This document shows, in pieces, positions 40,390 to 50,229 of a DNA stretch of 64,000 nt. Each line of letters opens with the position of its first letter. Within the stretch, counting starts at the first letter, position 1. The notes beneath the pieces are model-generated. The model was not told the origin of the DNA and ran no database searches. It saw nothing but the letters and a program-made list of their open reading frames with translations. The translations under genes were made by a program, and so were the position numbers. The DNA is from an uncultured delta proteobacterium (GTDB lineage Bacteria; Desulfobacterota; RBG-13-43-22), in assembly GCA_963711835.1 (NCBI GenBank), contig CAVQFQ010000017.1:576001-640000 (forward strand), written 5' to 3'.

Positions 40390-41895
40390 TTAAGCCCTTC
40401 TCCTTATTCGCCCGGCCAAGACACGGAAAAACGGCATGAAGAGAAAAATGAGGGTGGCCAGGAGAAAAACCAAGGATATGGGTCGTTGGACGAATACCGC
40501 AAAACTCCCGTGGGAAATCATCAGGGCTTGCCGAAAGGCCACCTCCAGCTTCGGGCCCAGGACCAAGGCCAATAAAAGCGGGGCGGCCTCATAGGCCCAT
40601 TTTCTCATCAAGAAGCCAATGGTTCCGAAAAGAATCATCATCCAGACATCAAACATCGAGTTATTTACAGTATACATGCCCGTCAAACAAAAGAGCATGA
40701 TAAGCGGCAGCAATATTTTTTTCGGTATCCTCAAAATATTGGCAAATAAAGGGACAAACGGCAGATTCAGCAAAAGAAGGATGAAATTGCCGATATACAT
40801 ACTGGCGATTACGCCCCAGAAAAGCATCGGATGTTCGCTGATCATCATGGGCCCTGGTGTCACACCGTGGATCAAGAGGGCCCCGAGGAGGATGGCCGTG
40901 GGGGGAGCGAAAGGAATCCCCAAGGCAAAAAGAGGGACGAAGGCCGCCTGGCAGGCCGAGTTATTGGCAGCTTCCGGCCCGGCCACACCTTCAATGGCTC
41001 CTTTCCCAAACTCTTCGGGGTGTTTGGAGATCTTTCTCTCCACCATATAAGAGGCGTAGGTGGCAATCACCGGTGCCGGTCCGGGAACAAGCCCTATCCC
41101 AAAACCGAGGCCGGTTCCCCTCAGAATGGCCCAAATGGATTTTTTAAGATCTTCAAGACTTGGAAAGAGTTCTTTCAGACGGGGGACGGTGACCTTCTGC
41201 TCCAGTAGATCTGCGGGTTGTCCCACATTCACCAGTACCTCTCCGATGCCGAACAGACCTATGGCTACGGCGACAAACTCGATACCTCCCAGAAGGGAAG
41301 TGGATCCAAAGACAAATCGCGCCTCGCCCCCAACAGGATCGAGTCCGATAGTACCGATGATAAGACCCACTACGGCCATCAGGAGTGACTTGAGTAGAGA
41401 ACCACCGGTGACGTTGCTCAATACGATAAACCCGAAGACCATCAAGGAGAAATATTCGGTCGGGCCAAAGGCCAGGGCCGCTTCAGCCAGGGGAGGTGCC
41501 AGAAAAACAAGGCCGAAGATCCCGATGGTTCCGGCAATGAAAGAGCCTATGGCACAAATGGCCAGAGCTTTTCCCGCTCTGCCCCTTTGGGCCATCTGGT
41601 AGCCGTCAATACAGGTGATACAGGAAGCGGTTTCTCCGGGCACATTGAGCAGTATAGAGGTGGTTGATCCGCCGTACATGGCCCCATAATAAATCCCGGC
41701 CAGCATGATGATGGCTGAGGTGGGGTTCAACCCGAAAGTGACGGGAATCAGGAGGGCGATCCCGGCGATCGGCCCAAGACCCGGGAGAATCCCGATCAGG
41801 GTACCGACGATGGCCCCCATTAAACAATAAAACAGGTTTTGGGCCGTCGTAGCGACTCCAAAACCGGTTGCCAGATACTGGAGGGATTCAAGCAT
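40390..41895 (-). CDS. tctA: Tripartite tricarboxylate transporter large permease TctA
   Basis: GILPGLG, YYGAMYGGS...IL.N.PG, DGYQMA and GPEAANN motifs. Confidence 0.94.
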   Translation of the reverse strand: MLESLQYLATGFGVATTAQNLFYCLMGAIVGTLIGILPGLGPIAGIALLIPVTFGLNPTSAIIMLAGIYYGAMYGGSTTSILLNVPGETASCITCIDGYQMAQRGRAGKALAICAIGSFIAGTIGIFGLVFLAPPLAEAALAFGPTEYFSLMVFGFIVLSNVTGGSLLKSLLMAVVGLIIGTIGLDPVGGEARFVFGSTSLLGGIEFVAVAIGLFGIGEVLVNVGQPADLLEQKVTVPRLKELFPSLEDLKKSIWAILRGTGLGFGIGLVPGPAPVIATYASYMVERKISKHPEEFGKGAIEGVAGPEAANNSACQAAFVPLFALGIPFAPPTAILLGALLIHGVTPGPMMISEHPMLFWGVIASMYIGNFILLLLNLPFVPLFANILRIPKKILLPLIMLFCLTGMYTVNNSMFDVWMMILFGTIGFLMRKWAYEAAPLLLALVLGPKLEVAFRQALMISHGSFAVFVQRPISLVFLLATLIFLFMPFFRVLAGRIRRRA

Positions 41896-41907
41896 GGTTT
41901 TCCTTCT

Positions 41908-42373
41908 TTACATTCCGAGGAAACCTTTAGGAAGCGGGATCTTCAGCCAATGGACAAAGAGAAAATAGGAGCCTGCCGACGTCACCAAAGAAAGGAGCAA
42001 GTTAAGGGCCCAATGCCTTGCCCCCAGGATCCATAGAAGTCCTAACATGAGCAGAAAGGAAGCCAAGGGATAACCGAGGGTGTTGAAGAAAAAAGTAATT
42101 AAAACCAGGATCCCGAGGAAGAAGAACGATTCGCCAGGGTGATCCGGGCCTTTCTTCGGCACAACCCTCTTTCTCTACCGATTTTGTCCTTCCCCAAAAG
42201 GTGTTACCCATAAAAAGGACGGAGAGAACCATAAGAAGCAGGCCGAGACATAAGGGAAATAAGCCTGAACCCGCTGCCCTGAAATTTCCTACCGGCATCC
42301 TCAGGGACAAGGACGAGGTGAGTGCCCCGAAAAGAAATAAAACCAGACCCCCGAAAATATCGTCTCTTTTCAT
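41908..42373 (-). CDS. tctB: Tripartite tricarboxylate transporter small subunit TctB (frameshift near 42150-42170)
   Basis: N-terminal G.GLFP in ORF 42002-42373; C-terminal F..WLKIPLPKG in ORF 41908-42162. Confidence 0.85.
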
Positions 42374-42384
42374 GATGATGCTCT

Positions 42385-43203
42385 TTACAACTTGGTCCTC
42401 CGGTAACCGAGCTGTTGAGAGATTTTCATGGCTGTTTTCAGAACCTCCTTTTTCAGAACCTCCTGGATGGTTTTTTTCGTTACTCGGAAGGCCGGGCCGG
42501 AGATGCTGATGGCCCCCACCGGTTTTCCCGACCCCCCTAAAACAGGTCCGGCCACACAGCGGATGCCTTTCTCATTTTCTTCATCATCAATCGCAACCCC
42601 CTGGGTCCTGACCATCATCAGATGTTCCCGAAAGGATTGGCGGTCACTGATGGTATTGGCCGTTCTCTTGGGAAGGCCTTTTCTGGTAATAAATTCATTC
42701 AGCTCCTGATCCGACAAATAGGATAGGAGAACCTTGCCTACTGCGCAGCTATGGGCCGGATTTCTCGCTCCCACCCTGGAGGTCATTCTCAACCCCCCCA
42801 AGTCACTTAGGGACTCGACTTTTTCAATGTACACCACCTCGTCCTGGTCCATGATCACCATATGTACGGTCTCTTTGCATCTTTCTGCCAGATCGCGAAG
42901 CAGTGTCTCTGAAATCTTTCGTAAATCGATCTGTGAGGCTGCCAGACTGCCGAGGTCGAGCAATTTCAAGCCCAAAGAGTAATTTCTCATTACCGGGTCC
43001 TGACGGATATAACCGAAGTAGGAAAGAGAAGAGAGCAGGCGATGAATCGTCCCTTTGGGAAGACCGAGTTCCAAGGAAAGATCCCGGATACTGATCCCCC
43101 GGGATTTCTGTCCGACCAAATCAAAAATGGAGGCCATACGCTCTATGGTCTGAACAAGATTCTTTGGTTTTGTGGGGTTGGATTGTTTCATAATGCGGAA
43201 CAT
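42385..43203 (-). CDS. IclR-family transcriptional regulator
   Basis: HTH LPKGTIHRLL, ETVH, HSCAVGK, DDEE...GIRCVA and AISISGP motifs. Confidence 0.94.
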   Translation of the reverse strand: MFRIMKQSNPTKPKNLVQTIERMASIFDLVGQKSRGISIRDLSLELGLPKGTIHRLLSSLSYFGYIRQDPVMRNYSLGLKLLDLGSLAASQIDLRKISETLLRDLAERCKETVHMVIMDQDEVVYIEKVESLSDLGGLRMTSRVGARNPAHSCAVGKVLLSYLSDQELNEFITRKGLPKRTANTISDRQSFREHLMMVRTQGVAIDDEENEKGIRCVAGPVLGGSGKPVGAISISGPAFRVTKKTIQEVLKKEVLKTAMKISQQLGYRRTKL

Positions 43204-43239
43204 GGTTTCATATTATATGACGACCAATCTATTTGTCAA
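43185..43239 (-). promoter_or_regulatory. Sigma70 promoter of the sugar-acid operon with overlapping IclR-type operator
   Basis: Minus strand TTGACA (43239-43234)-N16-TATAAT (43217-43212); imperfect palindrome GTTCCGCATTATGAAAC (43201-43185). Confidence 0.75.
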
Positions 43240-43424
43240 TATTTTTTTACTCAATTTTTTAACTCAGAAGAAGTTAAACCCTTCTGCGCCGATGGTACTG
43301 CTATTAGCAAAAAAAAACTTTAGGAAAAGCCTGATTTCCTATACAGTCATACGGCATTAGGATTTTTCAGGAAAACGGAATCAAGGAAGAAGCCTTCCTG
43401 TAGACTGCAGGGGGAGGAAACCAG

Positions 43425-44066
43425 GTGTCTATTCTGATAAGAAATGCCCGAACCGAGGATGCGGACTTCCTGGCGGCTGTCATCCTCCTGGCCGGTAGGG
43501 CCCATGTCCAGAAAGGGATCTGGGATGTCATCCTCGGAGGGACCGACGACGAAAATCGATCCTTCCTCCGTCTTTTGACCGTGACCGGCAAACCCCATTT
43601 ATTCCACCATTCCTTTTACCAAATCGCCGAAGCGGATCGGAACCCGGCAGCGGCCCTGGGAGGTTATGACCCCAAGACCGCCGGATACCCCGCCTTGCGG
43701 GAAGCCATGCCGGAGGCCATCAGAGGAAGCGGCCGGAACGGCCTGGCCCCGGAATCCCAGGATCATATGGCCCGAGTGCTGCCCTGCGTCCCGGAAAGTC
43801 TGGAGGGGGCCTGGATCATCGACAGCGTGGCCACCCTCCCTGAATACCGCGGCCTGGGGCTGGCCGGCAAGCTGTTGGAGTCGATCATGAACCGAGGGCG
43901 GAAATTGGGCTTCCATCTGGCCCAGATCAATATTTATATCGGCAATACCCCGGCCCAGAGGCTATATGAAAAACATGGGTTTAAAATAATCGATGAAAAC
44001 CGCTGTGCCGATTTTGAGCAGGAAATCGGCTCTCCGGGCATGGCCCGGATGACCCGGGCACTTTAA
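43425..44066 (+). CDS. GNAT acetyltransferase
   Basis: IDSVAT.PEYRGLGLAGKLL and N.PAQRLYEKHGF motifs. Confidence 0.9.
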   Translation: MSILIRNARTEDADFLAAVILLAGRAHVQKGIWDVILGGTDDENRSFLRLLTVTGKPHLFHHSFYQIAEADRNPAAALGGYDPKTAGYPALREAMPEAIRGSGRNGLAPESQDHMARVLPCVPESLEGAWIIDSVATLPEYRGLGLAGKLLESIMNRGRKLGFHLAQINIYIGNTPAQRLYEKHGFKIIDENRCADFEQEIGSPGMARMTRAL

Positions 44067-44355
44067 GACAGAGAAGTTGATGAAGTTGGAAACGAAATTC
44101 CGATTGGCTCGCGGCATCGGGGTTCCGCTTAGAAGCTTCTTTTTGGGGGTAAAAAGTGTGAGTCAAGGCCATTTTTTACCCCAGTTCTTTATCAAATTCC
44201 CTGAAAATTCATAGTGTTGGTCTGGTCCGACCCCCCCGTCACGCCCCCGTCACCCGGCTTCCGGTGAGCGTCGGGGAAGCCAGAAGCAACTTTTACTTAA
44301 GTCAGGTTGATTTCTCTTTGGGTTGAAGTTGCCGATAGGCCAGGGTATAAGATAA

Positions 44356-45189
44356 TCATAGCGAGGTGTTGCTGATCAACCTAAGGACGGCCTGTTCCAA
44401 TCGATCCTGGAAATTTAAAGGCAGTTCAATAACCGACCGGGCATAGGCCCTCAGGTCGGTTCTTTCCCGGTTGGTGAGCCAGGAATAGGCCTTCTCCCAT
44501 TGGTCGATCATAGGACGGGATTCCGGATCGTCCGATCCGGCTAACGTTTCAATCGGCAGAAGGGTTTTTAGAAAAACAGCCCAGGCTATTTTTCTCAGGG
44601 CCGCCAGATCCTTGATCAGTTCCCAGGCTTGCCGTTCCTCTCCGGTATCTTCCATCAAATATTCCAGTAGTCGATTTTGGTAACGTCCTAATCCCCGTTC
44701 ACTTAACAACCGGACCACTTCCGCGTCTTTCAGAGCCACGGAAAGCAAATAGACCAACTGCTGGAGCTGGGGCAGATCCAATCCCGCTGACCCGGCGGTT
44801 TCCTGAAGTCGTTCGGAAAAAAGAAATTGATAAAATTCCGGCTTGCCGTGGAGCAGGGCGTGGCCGATCTCATGTTCCACTACGCCCCGGACTACTTCTT
44901 CCGGAATGCCCCGGATCTTTTCAAGGGACAGGTGAATCCTGGGGTAACCCCTCCAGGCCTCGTGGGTGGCCAGAAATTCGGATTCACCGCCGGTGACTAC
45001 CCCCAACTCGGCTTTTTCCCGGGCGTCGAATTCCTGAAAATCCTTTTCTTTCTCCCAGAGGTAAAGGGAAATACGGTCCGGGGCCCCGGCCGCGGTTTTT
45101 CCAATAACCTCTCCTGTCCATTTTTGGACTTTCAGGAGAAAGGATTCATCTACCTTGCCCTTCAAGATGGGTTCTATCACGGTCGGCAT
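44356..45189 (-). CDS. Hypothetical HExxH (zincin-like) protein
   Basis: VEHEIGHALLH motif; 277 aa. Confidence 0.65.
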   Translation of the reverse strand: MPTVIEPILKGKVDESFLLKVQKWTGEVIGKTAAGAPDRISLYLWEKEKDFQEFDAREKAELGVVTGGESEFLATHEAWRGYPRIHLSLEKIRGIPEEVVRGVVEHEIGHALLHGKPEFYQFLFSERLQETAGSAGLDLPQLQQLVYLLSVALKDAEVVRLLSERGLGRYQNRLLEYLMEDTGEERQAWELIKDLAALRKIAWAVFLKTLLPIETLAGSDDPESRPMIDQWEKAYSWLTNRERTDLRAYARSVIELPLNFQDRLEQAVLRLISNTSL

Positions 45190-45297
45190 TTCTTAAGCTC
45201 TCGGCAACAACCTCATAACGTGACAACAGTCAGGTTGGAAGTCAGAATGTCAGAACTATTGGCGTGCCGGGGGCGTCCAATCGGCCCTGTCCGGGTA

Positions 45298-45847
45298 TCA
45301 CATGCTTTCGAAAATTTCTTTGGTTGAAATCACCTTGGCGTATGGGGCAGACAGGGCCGCCATAAAGGAGGCGTGAACCTCTGACTGCCTTTATGGTTTT
45401 GCCCTTAAAATTCAGGTCTTTTGTGGCGCAGGCATCTTCGGCAACCATACAGTTGAAACCTAAATCGAAAGCGGCACGGGTGGTTGCGTCTATACACATG
45501 TGGCTCATTGCGCCACAGATAACCAGCTGGTTGATTTTTCCTTCTTTCAGAATTTCCAGCAGAGAGGTGCCGCGGAAGCTGTTTGGAAAGTTTTTTACGA
45601 CAACCGGTTCATCCCCTTGGGGAGTTACCTTTTGATTAATTTCTGCTCCATCCGTCCCGGGTAAGAAAAAGGTCGCGCCCGGGCGAGCTGAAAGGTGCTG
45701 GATATGGATGACCGGAGATCTTCTTTTTCTGAATTCGTTCAAGAGAATTCGGGCATTTGCCGCAGCTTCCTCGATACCGGCAAGTTCCATGGCGCCCCCG
45801 GGGAAATAATCATTTTGCAGGTCAACCAATACCAGGCAGTTGTTCAT
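45298..45847 (-). CDS. Isochorismatase-family cysteine hydrolase (frameshift near 45385)
   Basis: VDLQNDYF, K..PNSF and GAMSHMCID.T.R.A.DLG motifs; the probable true tail EVHASFMAAL...ESM* lies in another frame and ends at 45298. Confidence 0.88.
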
Positions 45848-46035
45848 ATCGTCTCCTTACCACTTCATTGGCAACAGAATTTTCTTAAGTTAAGGGCATT
45901 GGGGCCGATCCCCCGTTCGAACACGTTGGCCTGCCGGGCGTCCGATCGGGCCTGTCCGGGCATCATATTTTACCTCCCGAATTTATGAGGACTGGATTTC
46001 CTGCTTCTCCTTAGGAACTCAGTCAGCCGGATCCA

Positions 46036-46668
46036 TTATTCATGCATCATCATCATCGGCCCGGTTTTGATCATATCCGCTAACTTTTTGCGCTGTTCCG
46101 GGGTCAATTTGGTTTTAATATTTTCCAGAGCCTTCAGGTGAGAAAGGTGCATTTCGGTCCTCAACGAACCCAATTGCCTCACTTTGGCTTCAACGGCCTT
46201 CATATCCAGCGGGTCCTGGAGGATAAGGTCCCGGAGTTCTATCCGGGCGATGCTGATGTCCGCCATCCTCCTGATCGTATCTTTTTTAATGCCGCTCCTG
46301 ATTTCACCGATCACTTTCTTTTGCTGCTCGTCGAGGGCTAAACCCTCAAGAAACCGCGCCAGATGATGCTCGGCTTCCATCATCCGACCGCTGGGGCCAT
46401 GACCAGCCATCATGCCGGACCCCATGCCGTAGCCGCCCATCATACCCTGGGCGCACCTGCCGCATCCTTCCTTCATCCCATGCCTCAGGCCATGGCCGCC
46501 CATCTTGCCATCACCCGATCCGTGCCCGCCCGGCGCCATGGACTCCGATCCATGGCCGCCCGGCATGGCATGGCCCGGTCCATGTCCGCTTGTCTGCCCG
46601 TAAGTCAAGGCGGATAAGGCCACAATTGAAAATAAGGCGATGATCCCGGTTACGATTAATTTTTTCAT
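46036..46668 (-). CDS. Spy/CpxP/ZraP-family periplasmic protein with Gly/Met/His-rich N-region
   Basis: Signal peptide; LALDEQQ and LTPEQR (LTxxQ) motifs. Confidence 0.85.
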   Translation of the reverse strand: MKKLIVTGIIALFSIVALSALTYGQTSGHGPGHAMPGGHGSESMAPGGHGSGDGKMGGHGLRHGMKEGCGRCAQGMMGGYGMGSGMMAGHGPSGRMMEAEHHLARFLEGLALDEQQKKVIGEIRSGIKKDTIRRMADISIARIELRDLILQDPLDMKAVEAKVRQLGSLRTEMHLSHLKALENIKTKLTPEQRKKLADMIKTGPMMMMHE

Positions 46669-46850
46669 ACAAAACCCTCCTGTTTGTTTTTAGTTTGTAT
46701 TATTGTATTCGAAACGGGAGAAAATGGAAATAAGGTCTATCCGGTATTTTTTGAATAAAAAAACTGTAGGAAGAATTGGCCCCTCCGACCCATCGGGTCT
46801 GCCTTTAGTATCTCGGCCGGGGCTTCGTCGTCGGTTCCTTTCCCGTTGGT

Positions 46851-47361
46851 TTAACCGGCCGACGGATCAACGGTATTTTTGGTGATTAAAGGGATAGGGC
46901 GGAAAGAAAATTTTTGCTCAAACCGTTTAATAACCAATTTGATGCGTGGGATGGAGAAGGGACGGTTTCCCGAATAATCGTCTTTTCCTGCTTTTCCTTC
47001 CAAATGAAGCCGGAGGGTTTTATCCATGCCTTTGCTTTGAATCAGGCCGGTTTCCCAGCGCTTGATGCTGGCCACGCCAACCTGTAAACAATCGGCCAGG
47101 GCCTGCTGGGACCAGCCCTTTTTTGCTCTCAGGGTCTTGATTTCATGACCGGTGAGAAGTTTGGCCCGCTTTCGATAACCCTCGGCCAGACGCCTTTGAA
47201 TGTCCCCGGCAGATTGAAGGGTACCCGCCTCCAGGCCGCATTCCGGACAAACCACGGCTTCAACTTCGCAGGGAATGTCCATGCCCCTAAAGGAGATGGT
47301 TTTCAGTGATCTTCCGTGACTTCATTTCGGCATGCCCTCTGGGGCATTTCAGGACCTTCAT
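46851..47361 (-). pseudogene. MqsA-like antitoxin (Zn ribbon + HTH); frameshifted and apparently truncated at the C-terminus
   Basis: ATG at 47361 overlaps the toxin stop and reads MKVLKCPRGH...; a frameshift leads into ..CPECG..LLTGHEIKTLR...SQQALA....G.ASIKRWETG. Confidence 0.72.
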
Positions 47362-47732
47362 GACTTCTCCGGTAGGCCTCTGCTCTTGTGGAGAGAAACA
47401 AGCCACAAGGTTTCGGCCCTTAAAACAAATTTAAAATAGATCCAGCAATTAAAACGCGGACTTTCTACTTCAAAAGCAAACAGCTCCAAATCCTTAATCG
47501 CCTTTTCATAAGACCTCTGGGGCGGTTTGGTTCCTACATAGTGCTCCGAGGAAATTAAATTCAACAGGTCGGATAATACGGTTTCCAGTTCATCTTCGAT
47601 CAGGTAACTTAGTTCTATGGCATCCGAGACCAGGATTTCCTGATTTAGAATGGCGATACGGCCTTCGGCAAGGGCCCTTCGGGCCTTCCTAATTCGCCGA
47701 TTAATTTCATGGGCGGATGGTCTGATTATCAT
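47358..47732 (-). CDS. Putative type II toxin (MqsR/RelE-like)
   Basis: 124-aa ORF directly upstream of the MqsA-like gene; C-terminal IYFKF......LVSLH resembles MqsR-type RNases. Confidence 0.68.
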   Translation of the reverse strand: MIIRPSAHEINRRIRKARRALAEGRIAILNQEILVSDAIELSYLIEDELETVLSDLLNLISSEHYVGTKPPQRSYEKAIKDLELFAFEVESPRFNCWIYFKFVLRAETLWLVSLHKSRGLPEKS

Positions 47733-47737
47733 GGTAA

Positions 47738-47760
47738 GGTATCAATTGATACCATGTCAA
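47738..47760 (-). promoter_or_regulatory. Perfect 16-bp palindrome (likely antitoxin operator) next to a TTGACA -35 box
   Basis: GGTATCAATTGATACC at 47738-47753; TTGACA on the minus strand at 47760-47755. Confidence 0.7.
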
Positions 47761-48173
47761 GGATATTTTTTAAACCAGGAGGTCGGTTTCTAAAGGGTAG
47801 TTGCTCAGCTATCACTTCAACCGGCTAAGGAGCCGGGGAACTTAATTTAAGAACCTGAAATGTTAACTTCACAAAAACGGGTGGAAGGAACTCAGGGAAA
47901 TACTCACGGGGATGTGTAACGATAGGTATATTCGGATAAAATGAGAGATGTCAAGGGGTTTTTAATAAAACGTCCGACGTTTAGAGTTCGGTGTTCGGTG
48001 ATAAAAAACAAGGGTAAGAGGCGAGATAAATGAGGGCCCAATTCAGGGGGTCACTTCAGCACTATTCGATCCGATATCAGATAGTTGCCGTGGCCCGACC
48101 CCATTAGACCATTAGCAAGACATTGAGAATTCAGTCCGTTCGCCTGGTCCGACCCCCATCCGTCAGAATGAAT

Positions 48174-49085
48174 TCATCCTTTGAATTTGATGAAAGTCCC
48201 CTGCTTATACTCCTCAAAAGCGATTCGTAATTCTTCATGGGTGTTCATAACTATGGGACCATACCAGGCGACGGGTTCACCAATGGGCTTGCCGGAAATC
48301 AGGAGGAATCTCACTTTATGCTCCTCGGTAAAGACCATTATCTCGTCACCGTCATCGAATAGAACGATCGTTCCGTTGCCGACAAATGGATCGCGCTGAA
48401 TGTCAAAGTAGTTTAATCCTTCCACTTCATACGTGAAAGGGTTTTTCTCCCTGCAGAAATATCCCTGTCCGTCGATTATGTAAGCGAAGACCGTATGGCC
48501 TTGTTTGGTGGGGTGTCTAAATTCTGCATTTGCAGGAACGGTAACGTCGATATACTCAGGATCAATAACAATATCCTGTACCGGACCTTTAATGCCGGAT
48601 ACTTCACCTGAAATGATCTTGATGGTCGACCCATCGGGAAGTTTGACTTCGGGTATTTGTTCGTTCGTTACGTCTCGATACCGCGGATCCATCATTTTCC
48701 CCCGGGACGGCAGATTGGCCCAGAGCTGAAATCCGTACATTTTTCCGTTTTCATCACCTTTCGGCATTTCCTGGTGGATGATCCCACTTCCGGCGGTCAT
48801 CCACTGTACATCCCCCGAGCTGATAACTCCTTTATTTCCAAGACTGTCACCGTGTTCTACGTCTCCCTCCAGAACATAGGTGATTGTTTCGATCCCGCGA
48901 TGAGGATGCCAAGGGAAACCTTTTAGGTAGTGTTCCGGATTATCGGAACGGAAATCATCAAGGAGCAGAAAAGGATCGAACACGGGCACTTCACTGAATC
49001 CAAAAGCCCTTTTCAGGTGAACGCCGGCACCTTCAATCGTCGGCTTGCTCTTTAGGACTTTACGGATTTGTCGGGTTGTAGGCAT
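48174..49085 (-). CDS. Pirin family protein
   Basis: DPFLLLD, FPWHPHRGIETITY, QWMTAGSGIIHQE and YGPIVMN motifs. Confidence 0.95.
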   Translation of the reverse strand: MPTTRQIRKVLKSKPTIEGAGVHLKRAFGFSEVPVFDPFLLLDDFRSDNPEHYLKGFPWHPHRGIETITYVLEGDVEHGDSLGNKGVISSGDVQWMTAGSGIIHQEMPKGDENGKMYGFQLWANLPSRGKMMDPRYRDVTNEQIPEVKLPDGSTIKIISGEVSGIKGPVQDIVIDPEYIDVTVPANAEFRHPTKQGHTVFAYIIDGQGYFCREKNPFTYEVEGLNYFDIQRDPFVGNGTIVLFDDGDEIMVFTEEHKVRFLLISGKPIGEPVAWYGPIVMNTHEELRIAFEEYKQGTFIKFKG

Positions 49086-49459
49086 CGGTGATCCCTCCTT
49101 TATGAAATCCTAACGCCCAGCAGAAGGAGTGCGCCTTAGCGCGACTTCTCAATCCGTTTGATGGGGCTGGTAGTTTAAAATAAGTACCCTTTAATTCTCT
49201 ATCAATGCAATTTAGAATCAACGTCACCTATCACAGTTTGGTGCAAACCACCAGAAGACAAGGCGTCCCTCCGAGGGAATTCCCCAAACGCTCCTCACCG
49301 CGGACACAGCAACGGCTCAGGCTGCGCTGTATAACAATTCAAGCTGATCCCTCGATGATCGCCGGGTGAGATAGGGGCTAAACTGTTACGCCGGCTTGTT
49401 TATGGTCTTCATCCCTTCTTCGCTTTTCTAATCCAGGATTGTACGGCAACCCTCACTGG

Positions 49460-49999
49460 TCATTTCTTCCGGGTTAAGGTCATCTCCATCATCTTCTCTT
49501 CCTTGCCCCTTTTGGCGGTGAGGTACATTGCATAGGCCATGGTATCGCCATCCACGATCTTGGACACACTGCGCCAGGTCATGGGACCCCGGGCGGGGTC
49601 GTCGTAGCGGCTTTCCTGGGTAATGGTTTTACCATCCCGGCTGGCAGTTCCCTCAAAATAGTAGATGCCGGTGCTCATGGAATCGATCCAGATCGACACA
49701 TACTTCTTGGTATGATTGTCGTACCCGATGAGGTTGATGCCTTTGAACGTACTACCCATCATGTCGCCGGTATACTCCTGCTGCAGGTAACGTCCGTCAA
49801 GAAGCATTTTCTGTTTGCAGGTGCCTTTGGATTCAAGGGGGGGCTTATCGGGCTCCATCCAGCCCTTGGTCCTGGTAATCCAGCTTCCCGCCAGGTTCGC
49901 CAGACGCTTGTGGGGCTGGCCCGGAGTTCCTACCTTCTGGTAGATTTTCATCATCGCCTGCATGTCCATCTTGCCTTTTTTCTTCTTCTCTTTGGCCAT
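49460..49999 (-). CDS. DUF1579 family protein
   Basis: PGQPHKRL..LAGSW, LDGRYL and GYDN..KKYVSIWIDSMSTG motifs; start MAKE at 49999 with GGAGG SD. Confidence 0.85.
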   Translation of the reverse strand: MAKEKKKKGKMDMQAMMKIYQKVGTPGQPHKRLANLAGSWITRTKGWMEPDKPPLESKGTCKQKMLLDGRYLQQEYTGDMMGSTFKGINLIGYDNHTKKYVSIWIDSMSTGIYYFEGTASRDGKTITQESRYDDPARGPMTWRSVSKIVDGDTMAYAMYLTAKRGKEEKMMEMTLTRKK

Positions 50000-50229
50000 C
50001 ACAAACCTCCTTATGATATAGGCGGCCCTGGGCAATGGATTGAACGAATCCATGCAAGACAGTCGAACCGCCAGGATGTTCTAAGCCTATCAGCAGCCTT
50101 TGAACTGGTGAATAGGGTGAATGCCGTATTTTTGCAGGGACTCCACAGTATTTTTAAATAAAGACGTTTGGTTGCTATTTGGTTTGATCGTGTTGGGTGA
50201 GATTCAAGGATTACGACTTAGGAGGAAGT

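Noticed and set aside
43291-43310. Possible sigma54 promoter TGGTAC...TTAGC before the GNAT gene
   Set aside because: GG-to-GC spacing is 11 nt rather than the required 10.
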